64,000 bases of DNA from an uncultured Shimia sp. (GTDB taxonomy: Bacteria; Pseudomonadota; Alphaproteobacteria; Rhodobacterales; Rhodobacteraceae): assembly GCF_947498095.1 (NCBI RefSeq), contig NZ_CANMJE010000012.1, forward strand, positions 10,029-74,028, in the 5' to 3' direction. This document shows, one piece after another, positions 1 to 7,662 of this stretch. The position numbers and the translations under genes were made by a program. The notes under the pieces are model-generated. The model ran no database searches. It worked only from the letters and a program-made list of their open reading frames with translations, and was not told the DNA's origin. Numbering within the stretch: position 1 is the first letter of the stretch; every line of letters starts with the position of its first letter.

Positions 1-247
1 GGCTGTCCTCGGTCATTTGCGACGGGTCCTCGCGGCCCGCAGTGGTCGGAACGTTGTGATCCGGCACAGCAATGGTCTTTTCCGGCGCACGCACATTGCG
101 ACCCGCCATGCGCAGGCCTTCGAACGCTTGAGGGCTGGTCACTTCGTGAACGAGGTGGCGGTCGATGTACAACAGGCAGGTGCCGTCATCAGCTTCGTGC
201 GCCACATGTGCGTCCCAGATTTTGTCATAGAGTGTCTTGGGGGACAT
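1..247 (-). CDS. leuC: 3-isopropylmalate dehydratase large subunit, N-terminal part (runs off the window start)
   Basis: Not in the ORF track. Reverse translation from ATG at 247 gives [15 protein letters not shown]...[22 protein letters not shown]...DHNVPT, the LeuC N-terminus. RBS GGAGAGG lies upstream. Confidence 0.97.
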   Translation of the reverse strand, partial: MSPKTLYDKIWDAHVAHEADDGTCLLYIDRHLVHEVTSPQAFEGLRMAGRNVRAPEKTIAVPDHNVPTTAGREDPSQMTEDS

Positions 248-300
248 AGGTCCTCTCCCTTGGATGGTCATATGTGAAAAGTGACAGGAATGGGCACGCC

Positions 301-387
301 TTATAGGCGGGCAAGCACCGAACGGGCTTCGCCGTAGAAGCGTTCGCGCAGACGCGCGCGGTCATCCATGTCGAAAATCCGTGTCAT
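301..387 (-). CDS. 28-aa upstream ORF / putative leader peptide of leuC ([28 protein letters not shown])
   Basis: Open frame from ATG 387 to TAA 301-303, ending 53 nt before the leuC ATG. A sigma70-like promoter would start transcription at or next to its ATG. Confidence 0.6.
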   Translation of the reverse strand: MTRIFDMDDRARLRERFYGEARSVLARL

Positions 388-394
388 GAAGGGT

Positions 395-423
395 CAGATA
401 TACCGGCTGAGCGAGTCTCGCAA
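395..423 (-). promoter_or_regulatory. sigma70-like promoter for uORF-leuC
   Basis: Minus strand TTGCGA (423-418), N17, TATCTG (400-395), then 7 nt to the uORF ATG. Confidence 0.5.
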
Positions 424-496
424 GGGAAATGGCGGTGAAATCACTTGTCCTACAAGGTCAGGCCATGTCACGCTGCAAGACAGTTGGAAGGCGAGT

Positions 497-1882
497 ATGA
501 CAGAAGAAACGACCCAGGCGGACGAAACGACTACGACGCTCGAGACGATCGAAGGCACTGCTGCTGAGGCGCCCGCTCCGGATACTCAAGAGATCGTGCT
601 AAGCCTATGGGAGCAGTTCTTAAGCTTTGCCGAAGGTCTCGTGCGGCCTTGGAATGCCTACCAGATCGCGATTGCCTTGGGCGTTTTGGCTATCTCGCTG
701 ATCCTCGCGCAAGTTCTGAAACCCCGCATGTACGAGTGGATGAAAGAGCGCGAAGGCTGGCCAAAGTGGCGCTATCGCTATCTGGTCACAACGCATCGTC
801 GTTTGGCGCTGATCATTTTCGTTGTTCTGATTTGGTTGACGGTCTGGATCATGCGTGGTGTGACGTGGCCCAGCCGGTCATACATCCTCGCCGTCCTTGC
901 CAATCTCTCGACGGCCTGGCTGGTGGTTGTGGTAGTTTTGCGTCTTGTGAATAACGCGTTCTTGCGTTCGGTCTTACGGTATGGCGCGTGGATTTGGGTG
1001 ACCGTCTCCATCCTCGGGTTGTCCGAAGAAACCATGCAATTGCTGGACAGTGCCGCGATTGAACTGGGGGATGCACGCATTTCCGTCTGGCTGGCGGCCA
1101 AGGCGATCGTCATGCTCGGCATTACCATTGCCGTTGTCAGGTTCCTGTCGAGAAAGACCGCGACGACCATTCGCGACAACGACGCAGTCTCGCCGACCAT
1201 GCAGGTGTTGTTCATCAAGATCCTGCAGGTCTTTCTTTATGGTTTGGCTTTCATTGTGGGGCTGCGCACGCTCGGGTTTGACCTGCGTGGATTGGCGGTC
1301 TTGTCGGGGTTCATTGGTGTCGGCCTTGGGTTTGGTCTGCAAAAGGTGGTGTCGAACCTCGTGTCTGGCGTCATCATTCTGCTCGACAAGTCGATCAAGC
1401 CCGGTGATGTGATTTCGCTTGGGGATACTTTCGGTTGGATCAACTCTCTTGGCGCGCGGTACGTCAGTGTTGTCACCCGAGACGGCAAGGAATTCCTGAT
1501 CCCCAACGAAGACCTCATCACCAATCAGGTGGTGAACTGGTCGCACACAAACTCATTCGTGCGGCTCGATATCTTCTTTGGCACCGCCTACGGGGACGAC
1601 CCGCACAAGGTACGTAGAATTGCGGTTGATGCGGCCAAGAGTGTCAATCGCGTGCTGACCTATCCGAACACGCCGGTGTGCCACATCGTCGGGTTCGGAG
1701 ACAGTTCCGTGGATTATATCCTGCGGTTCTGGATTCAGGACCCAACGGGGGGCCTCACCAATATTCGGGGCAATGTGTACCTCGCCCTCTGGGACGCCTT
1801 TCAGGAACATGACATCTCAATTCCCTTCCCGCAGCGCGAATTGCGCATGCTGGAAGATCCGGAAACGCCGGCTTCGTCCTAG
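497..1882 (+). CDS. MscS-family mechanosensitive channel
   Basis: Multiple TM helices followed by GIGVGLGFGLQKVVSNLVSGVIILLDKSIKPGD and the MscS beta domain. Start moved to ATG 497 (GGAAGG RBS). Confidence 0.93.
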   Translation: MTEETTQADETTTTLETIEGTAAEAPAPDTQEIVLSLWEQFLSFAEGLVRPWNAYQIAIALGVLAISLILAQVLKPRMYEWMKEREGWPKWRYRYLVTTHRRLALIIFVVLIWLTVWIMRGVTWPSRSYILAVLANLSTAWLVVVVVLRLVNNAFLRSVLRYGAWIWVTVSILGLSEETMQLLDSAAIELGDARISVWLAAKAIVMLGITIAVVRFLSRKTATTIRDNDAVSPTMQVLFIKILQVFLYGLAFIVGLRTLGFDLRGLAVLSGFIGVGLGFGLQKVVSNLVSGVIILLDKSIKPGDVISLGDTFGWINSLGARYVSVVTRDGKEFLIPNEDLITNQVVNWSHTNSFVRLDIFFGTAYGDDPHKVRRIAVDAAKSVNRVLTYPNTPVCHIVGFGDSSVDYILRFWIQDPTGGLTNIRGNVYLALWDAFQEHDISIPFPQRELRMLEDPETPASS

Positions 1883-3102
1883 TCTTCACCCAATTCTTTG
1901 CGGGCTTCGCTGTGGCCCATCTCGGCGGCCACTTTTAGGTATCGTAAATAGGCGCGCGGATCGGGGTCGACCCCATTGCCGTCGCGGTAAATCTCGGCAA
2001 GTTCATAGGCTGCCATTGATGATCCAGTTTCAATGGCCATCCCGAAGAGGTCTATGGCGGAAATGGGATCGGGGTCAGACATCGTGCCATCGCGATACCA
2101 CTGCGCTAACAGGACTTGGGCATGCGTGTAATCGGCGAGGGCCGAGGATTCCAAATTCTCCAAAGCCTCTGCGCGGGCGGTTTCACCTTCGTGCTCTTGC
2201 AATAGACGGGCCAGGTTGTACTGCGACAAGTAATTGCCGCCTTCAGCACCTTTGCGGAACATCAATTTTGCATCGGCAATGTCCACTGGGCCATACTCTC
2301 CATCCCGAGACAGGACCCCAAGGTGGTTGTAGGCGATGAAATACCCGCCCTCAGCCGCGGCCATAAGAGCATCGCGAGACCTTTGGTCCTGCGCTTTGTC
2401 ATAGGCGCGTCCCAGCCAATAGGCGACCTGAGGGCTTTCAGGCAGTGTTTCTCGGGCCCACTCGCAGCGCGAAACTGCCTCTGCGATGTCAATGTCATTC
2501 CAGGCGACACCGGGGAATGGGCTTTGTTGATCATTGGGGTGCGCTGCTGCGTAGCCGCAATTGTTGATGGCTTGCTCAATGTCCGACTTTTCCTGCTCGA
2601 TGACATGCAGAGTCTCGTGGCCGATGTCTTCAACATGCTGTAGCGCAACCCGGGACCCACTCATCGGAAATACAAATCGATCAAGCCCAACCAATACGGT
2701 CCAACTATCCGCGGCCTTGGCGCGATCGACAAACTCTTGGTCCAGAGAGAATGTCGTAATCAGCCCGCCAGAGTCGTGAGGATCTTGCAAAATGCCCCTT
2801 GCAAGCGACTTGGTGTCCAACGTGTGGCTGCTGCCATCAGCATTCTTCAGAATGTTCCGCAGATGCACGTTGCGCTGTTGGCTGGGTACAATAATCGTGG
2901 TCTTCCACTCGAGCCCATCTGCCTTGAGCTGCACATAAATTGACCCACGCGGCACTTCTACATACGCGATGGGCTGGTCCTCACTGAACCCTGCGTCACC
3001 CCAAGTCGGCGCGTACCATGTTCCGTCTTGCGCAACTGCCATCGAAGATAGCGCCATGAAGCATGCGAAAGTCGTGATCGAGATTGCTTTGATAATCGTC
3101 AT
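1879..3102 (-). CDS. Secreted Sel1-like repeat (SLR/TPR) protein
   Basis: Signal peptide MTIIKAISITTFACFMALSSMAVA. C-terminal SLR repeats (AYNHLGVLSRDG, SQYNLARL, AQVLLAQWYRDG, AAYELAEIYRDGNGV). Start moved to 3102 (AGGA RBS). Confidence 0.8.
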   Translation of the reverse strand: MTIIKAISITTFACFMALSSMAVAQDGTWYAPTWGDAGFSEDQPIAYVEVPRGSIYVQLKADGLEWKTTIIVPSQQRNVHLRNILKNADGSSHTLDTKSLARGILQDPHDSGGLITTFSLDQEFVDRAKAADSWTVLVGLDRFVFPMSGSRVALQHVEDIGHETLHVIEQEKSDIEQAINNCGYAAAHPNDQQSPFPGVAWNDIDIAEAVSRCEWARETLPESPQVAYWLGRAYDKAQDQRSRDALMAAAEGGYFIAYNHLGVLSRDGEYGPVDIADAKLMFRKGAEGGNYLSQYNLARLLQEHEGETARAEALENLESSALADYTHAQVLLAQWYRDGTMSDPDPISAIDLFGMAIETGSSMAAYELAEIYRDGNGVDPDPRAYLRYLKVAAEMGHSEARKELGED

Positions 3103-3359
3103 GCCTGCATCCTGTCGTGATTGTCCCCGCACGGGCTGGCCCGTCCAGGCCATGTTAACGACACGCCTTGTCAAAATCAAAAAGCAGCAGGCATTAGACC
3201 AAGAAAGCACAAATCGTCGGCAAATGTCACAGGTGTCATCAAATCCGGATGAGGTGTCATTGAGAAACCCCAATCGCAATGCTATCTTGATCATACGCCC
3301 GGCGTCGGGGTTTTGCGGCGCGCAGAAAGGAGGGCAGACTTCTGTCTCTGAATACTGAT

Positions 3360-3740
3360 GTGGCTCAGGCCACTTCCGATCCCGTAGGAAACGGGCCCCG
3401 GACCGACGTAACCAGCGAAGAACTGCTGGCGCGTATCTTAACTTCACTCGAAGAAGACAAAGCCGAAGACATCGTGCAGATCGACCTGCGCGGCATTTCC
3501 GCTATTGGCGATGCCATGGTGATCTGCACAGGCCGGTCTTCCCGTCAGGTGATCTCAATTTCGGAAAAGCTGGTGGATCGGCTGAAATCCGAATTTGGTC
3601 GCCTGTCCAAGATCGAAGGCAAGGATACTGGTGACTGGGTGCTGATCGACACCGGTGACGTGATTGTTCATGTATTCCGTCCCGAAGTTCGCGAGTTCTA
3701 TCAGCTCGAGAAGATGTGGATGCCAGGCGGCAACGCCTGA
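3360..3740 (+). CDS. rsfS: Ribosome silencing factor RsfS (Iojap)
   Basis: EDKAEDIVQIDL...VICTGRSSRQV...WVLIDTGDVIVHVFRPEVREFYQLEKMW. Exact start uncertain. Confidence 0.95.
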   Translation: MAQATSDPVGNGPRTDVTSEELLARILTSLEEDKAEDIVQIDLRGISAIGDAMVICTGRSSRQVISISEKLVDRLKSEFGRLSKIEGKDTGDWVLIDTGDVIVHVFRPEVREFYQLEKMWMPGGNA

Positions 3741-3770
3741 GCCTGACAACGGGCGACATGCCCGGAGATA

Positions 3771-4250
3771 TTGATGCCGTTACGTGTGCATATCTGCGCC
3801 GTGGGCCGGTTACGGTCCGGTCCCGAGCGCGACCTCCTCGACGATTATCTGACACGTTTTGACCGCACCGGGCGGGCCCTTGGGCTTGGCCCGGTCTCGG
3901 TGCACGAAGTCGAGGACAAAAAGGGCGGCGGCATGGCAACCGAAGCTGGGCTCTTGTCCGGCGTCATTCCCAAAGGCGCGGTAATCTGCGCGCTGGATGA
4001 GCGCGGTAAGCTGATGTCCTCGCCCGACTTTGCCAACATGCTTGGCGGCTGGCGAGACGACGGACGCGGCGATCTGGCCTTTGTCATCGGCGGCGCGGAC
4101 GGAATTGCCCCCACTTTGCGCGCACAAGCCGACGCCAAGTTGTCATTTGGCAAGATGGTCTGGCCCCACATGTTGGCCCGCGTGATGCTGTCGGAACAGC
4201 TTTACCGCGCGGCGTCGATTTTGGCCGGAGCGCCTTATCACCGGGTTTGA
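3771..4250 (+). CDS. rlmH: 23S rRNA pseudouridine-1915 N3-methyltransferase
   Basis: ALDERGK...LAFVIGGADG...LSFGKMVWPHMLARVMLSEQLYRA...PYHR; adjacent to rsfS. Confidence 0.96.
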   Translation: MMPLRVHICAVGRLRSGPERDLLDDYLTRFDRTGRALGLGPVSVHEVEDKKGGGMATEAGLLSGVIPKGAVICALDERGKLMSSPDFANMLGGWRDDGRGDLAFVIGGADGIAPTLRAQADAKLSFGKMVWPHMLARVMLSEQLYRAASILAGAPYHRV

Positions 4251-4303
4251 TGAGGAAGCGGAGTTGTACCCTTGCGCGGAGTCAAGGCCGCAGGCCGCCG
4301 CGT

Positions 4304-4335
4304 AATCGCCAGACCGCCCGCAAGGGCTGGCGATT
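4304..4335. repeat. Stable intergenic hairpin / REP-like remnant between convergent rlmH and rplA
   Basis: AATCGCCAG (4304-4312) and CTGGCGATT (4327-4335) form a perfect 9-bp inverted repeat enclosing CCC-GCAA-GGG. Confidence 0.6.
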
Positions 4336-4393
4336 TGGAAGGCTGGGTATAGCGAACTCACCCTTTGTCCGCATAACCGCCATTAACCCAAAG

Positions 4394-4420
4394 AAAAAGG
4401 GCGCCCCGAAAGGGACGCCC
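4394..4420 (-). terminator. Intrinsic terminator after rplA
   Basis: Minus strand GGGCGTCCC-TTTC-GGGGCGCCC followed by TTTTT. Confidence 0.85.
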
Positions 4421-4445
4421 CTAAGTCTTTGAACCAAGTCGCGGT

Positions 4446-5144
4446 TTATTGCGCGGCGGCGTTGTCGACGTCGATGGTCACGCCTGGGCCCATGGTCGAG
4501 CTCAGGGCGATCTTCTGGACGTAAGCGCCTTTGGCACCTGTAGGCTTGGCTTTCAGAACGGCGGCCATAAAGGCACGGACGTTTTCAACCAGCTTGCCTT
4601 CGTCGAAGGACGCTTTGCCAACGCCTGCGTGAACCACGCCAGCTTTCTCGGCTTTGAACTGAACCTCACCGCCCTTGGCGGCTTCAACGGCGGCTTTGAC
4701 GTCCATGGTCACGGTGCCAACTTTAGGGTTCGGCATCAGGTTGCGCGGTCCGAGGACCTTACCCAGACGGCCAACGACAGGCATCATGTCCGGGGTTGCA
4801 ATGCAGCGATCAAACTCGATGGTGCCGCCTTGAACGGTTTCCATCAGGTCTTCGGCGCCAACGATGTCTGCACCAGCGGCCTGAGCCTCTTCGGCTTTGG
4901 GGCCACGGGCGAACACAGCAACACGAACGGTTTTGCCGGTGCCGTTGGGCAGGCCAACAACACCACGAACCATCTGGTCCGCGTGACGTGGGTCAACACC
5001 CAGACATACAGCGATTTCAACAGTCTCATCGAATTTCGCAGTGGCATTGCCTTTGACCAGAGCAACAGCTTCTTCAACGCTCAGGTTGCTCTTGCCTGCA
5101 GCCGCTTCACGCGCTGCGACAGTACGTTTACCAAGTTTCGCCAT
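4446..5144 (-). CDS. rplA: 50S ribosomal protein L1
   Basis: [25 protein letters not shown]...[16 protein letters not shown]...SSTMGPG. Confidence 0.99.
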   Translation of the reverse strand: MAKLGKRTVAAREAAAGKSNLSVEEAVALVKGNATAKFDETVEIAVCLGVDPRHADQMVRGVVGLPNGTGKTVRVAVFARGPKAEEAQAAGADIVGAEDLMETVQGGTIEFDRCIATPDMMPVVGRLGKVLGPRNLMPNPKVGTVTMDVKAAVEAAKGGEVQFKAEKAGVVHAGVGKASFDEGKLVENVRAFMAAVLKAKPTGAKGAYVQKIALSSTMGPGVTIDVDNAAAQ

Positions 5145-5569
5145 TACTTCACCTCGATGCCCATAGAGCGCGCGGATCCAACGATGATCTGCATGGCAGC
5201 CTCGATGTCGTTTGCGCTCAGGTCTTTCATTTTCGCTTCGGCAATTTCTTTTACCTGTGCGGGAGTCACCGACCCAACAGTCTCACGACCAGGGGTGTTG
5301 GCTGCCGATTTCAGGCCAGCGGCCTTTTTCAGGTAGTAAGACGCGGGTGGCGTCTTGATGTCCATCGCGAACGATTTGTCCTGGTAATAGGTGATCACGG
5401 TCGGGCACGGCGCACCGGGCTCCATGTCCTGCGTCTTGGCGTTGAACGCCTTGCAGAATTCCATGATGTTGATGCCGCGCTGACCCAGGGCAGGACCCAC
5501 GGGTGGCGAGGGGTTGGCTTGACCTGCAGGGATCTGCAGCTTCATCGTGCCAGCAAGTTTCTTGGCCAT
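5144..5569 (-). CDS. rplK: 50S ribosomal protein L11
   Basis: MAKK...[35 protein letters not shown]. Start moved to ATG 5569 (GGAGAGG RBS). Confidence 0.99.
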   Translation of the reverse strand: MAKKLAGTMKLQIPAGQANPSPPVGPALGQRGINIMEFCKAFNAKTQDMEPGAPCPTVITYYQDKSFAMDIKTPPASYYLKKAAGLKSAANTPGRETVGSVTPAQVKEIAEAKMKDLSANDIEAAMQIIVGSARSMGIEVK

Positions 5570-5625
5570 TTGGCCTCTCCTTCTTTCCAACACTTTCGGG
5601 ACGCGACCCGAAAGCTCTCAGTTGT

Positions 5626-5664
5626 GTGGTACAGTCCGCGCATCGCGATGCGCTCGCCTCCCAC
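5626..5664 (-). promoter_or_regulatory. Putative L1-binding autoregulatory RNA leader of rplK-rplA
   Basis: Minus strand GTGGGAG-[GCGCATCGCGATGCGC hairpin]-...ACCAC gives a GUGG/CCAC stem with a GGAG internal loop upstream of rplK, like known proteobacterial L1 leaders. Confidence 0.6.
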
Positions 5665-5695
5665 TCGGGTTGGGCGCCGTTCAGCGCCCGATACA

Positions 5696-6229
5696 TCAGG
5701 TCTGTTTGTTGACCTGCGTGTATTCCAGTTCGACCGGGGTTTCCCGGCCAAAAATCGAAACGGTCACTTTCAGACGTTGATTTTCTTCATCAACTTCTTC
5801 GACCATGCCATCAAAGTCCTCAAACGGACCGTCGTTGACTTTGACTTTCTCACCGATCTCAAACGAGATCATCAGTTTCGGCGCATCTTCGCCTTCCTGA
5901 ACGCGGTTGAGGATGCCGTTCACTTCCGCATCGCGCATCGGCATCGGGCGACCCTGCGGACCCAGGAAACCGGTGACGCGGTTAATCGAGTTGATCAGGT
6001 GATAGCCCTGATCGCTCATCTCCATATGCACAAGCACATAGCCCGGCATAAAGCGGCGCTCGGTGGTCACTTTCTTGCCACGGCGCACTTCGATCACTTC
6101 TTCGGTCGGAACCAGAACTTCGTCGATCTGATCTTCCAGGCCTTTTTCTTCTGCAGAGACACGGATTTGTTCAGCGACCTTCTTTTCGAAGTTCGATAGA
6201 ACACTGACCGAGTACCACCGTTTTGCCAT
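5696..6229 (-). CDS. nusG: Transcription termination/antitermination factor NusG
   Basis: MAKRWYSVSVLSNFEKKV...RFMPGYVLV...VTGFLG, plus C-terminal KOW (VKVNDGPFEDFDGMVEEVD...VSIFGRETPVEL). Start moved to 6229. Confidence 0.99.
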   Translation of the reverse strand: MAKRWYSVSVLSNFEKKVAEQIRVSAEEKGLEDQIDEVLVPTEEVIEVRRGKKVTTERRFMPGYVLVHMEMSDQGYHLINSINRVTGFLGPQGRPMPMRDAEVNGILNRVQEGEDAPKLMISFEIGEKVKVNDGPFEDFDGMVEEVDEENQRLKVTVSIFGRETPVELEYTQVNKQT

Positions 6230-6312
6230 TAGATCGTTCTTCCCGTCACTCAGCGACCCGAGGGTCGAAATTTCCATCAGTTTCAGCGCATCGAAATGCA
6301 GCTCTCCGGAAC

Positions 6313-6347
6313 AAAAAATCGGCGCGCAACTCGAATCGCCGCACGCC
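6313..6347 (-). terminator. Terminator-like hairpin plus U-tract inside the nusG 5' leader
   Basis: Minus strand GGCGTGCGGC-GATTCGA-GTTGCGCGCC (10-bp stem with G-U pairs), then GATTTTTTG. Confidence 0.6.
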
Positions 6348-6366
6348 ATCTCCAGAATTAGGGTGT

Positions 6367-6395
6367 CGTCTACCCCCGAAATCGCATCAATTCAA
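6367..6395 (-). promoter_or_regulatory. sigma70 promoter for nusG
   Basis: Minus strand TTGAAT (6395-6390), N17, TAGACG (6372-6367). Confidence 0.65.
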
Positions 6396-6561
6396 GAGCC
6401 CGATGCAATTTTGCGCTCGCAACCGGACTTCCGCTGATTGTCCCGTTTTGTACATCCCCAAAATCAAGAATTGTCCGTTTTGGACATTATTTTTGGCTAA
6501 CAAACTCGCATCTTTCTTGTGGTCCAAAGCCCATTGGACACTTTAGCCGAGAAGACTTGGT

Positions 6562-7485
6562 TCAGGTCGCACAGGCTGCCAATGTTTCCGAAGGACGTTC
6601 GTCATAGAGACTTAGGTAATCTTGCGAGAACTGCCCCAAATGCCAAAATCCGTGCTCGCTCGCGATGTCCCCTACAGTGCATCGCCCTGCTTCGGAGCGA
6701 CGTAGAATGGCCCTCACAGAGGCAAGCTTGTTACGTTTGAGCAAAGCTGCAGGGGACATACTGAACCGCTCGCGAAACGCGTATTGAAGTGTGCGTTCAC
6801 TGACGTGGCTTTCGGCACGCAAATCACTGAGGTCGGCCGTTGCCAGATCGCAGTCGGAAAGGAACGTCAGACCTTTGAGGATGGCTATATCGCGCGCCCG
6901 CATCGACGGGCGTTTCAGGGGCGTGCGCCGGGCCGCCCCAAGCCAAAAGGGCAAGAGTTGGTACAGAATCTGCCGTGCTAGTTCGGCAAAGCGACCCGGA
7001 GGCGCTGATTGCAAAAGGCGCATCCGCCAGATCGCCTGGTCGGCCACGGTTGAAGGAAGGGCAAAGGTCTCGTGCCATTGGGTGTCGGGTTTCAGATCAA
7101 GCTCGAGCGTCTCGGAAACACGAGCGATAAAGTCTTGCGAGACAGAAAGCGTGTGGACCTGCGAGCCCGGGCTGGAAAAGCTGCGCAGTTCTCGGCCAAC
7201 CGGAAAAACCCAGCAACAGTTGCTGTCCACATCATGTCCGCGCACCCAATAGCGCGGCACCGTCGGCTCCATCATGTTGAAAGTCACAAGTCCCTCAGGC
7301 GGTGAGCCGATCATGGAAAGCGCAAAAGCAAACTCAGAGTACATGTAGTGCAGGTTGCCATCGATGGTCTGGACAAATGAGGCCACATCTTCAGCGCAAT
7401 TGGCTTTGGATAAGGGCGATTATTCCGCGTCCCAGGCCTGAAGGGCCTGTGTCATCTCATCAATTTCCTGAAACGGCGCGCGCAT
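6562..7485 (-). pseudogene. AraC/XylS-family (EutR-like) regulator with an in-frame nonsense codon
   Basis: C-terminal double HTH (VSERTLQYAFRERFSMSP...VGDIASEHGFWHLGQFSQDYLSLYDERPSETL). The frame continues upstream through TAA at 7420-7422 to ATG 7485 (MRAPFQEIDEMTQALQAWDAE*SPLSK). Confidence 0.8.
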
Positions 7486-7662
7486 AGTGGTTTGAGACCT
7501 CTCGCGATGATCTCGGGTTCGTCCGATTTTTGCGGATTTTCGATAACGACGCAAGTCGCAGCGGGCCTAGGCTGGAGGGGATGCATTGTGTGGCCTGCAA
7601 GTGCGCTCCCCAAAAGTCATGACATTTGCTAGCTGCATTGTCCACCGAAAGAGGATTTACCG

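Noticed and set aside
368-496. ORF-track N-terminal extension of mscS (MSKIRVMKG...)
   Set aside because: It overlaps the leuC uORF and promoter on the opposite strand. A better RBS precedes ATG 497.
3103-3447. ORF-track N-terminal extension of the Sel1 protein
   Set aside because: It would overlap rsfS antisense and bury the signal peptide that starts at 3102.
4449-5336. 295-aa antisense ORF over rplA/rplK
   Set aside because: Shadow frame of highly biased genes with no family motifs. The same applies to 5519-6199, 19116-20033, 35673-36611, 52210-53142, 53131-54210 and 61061-61921.
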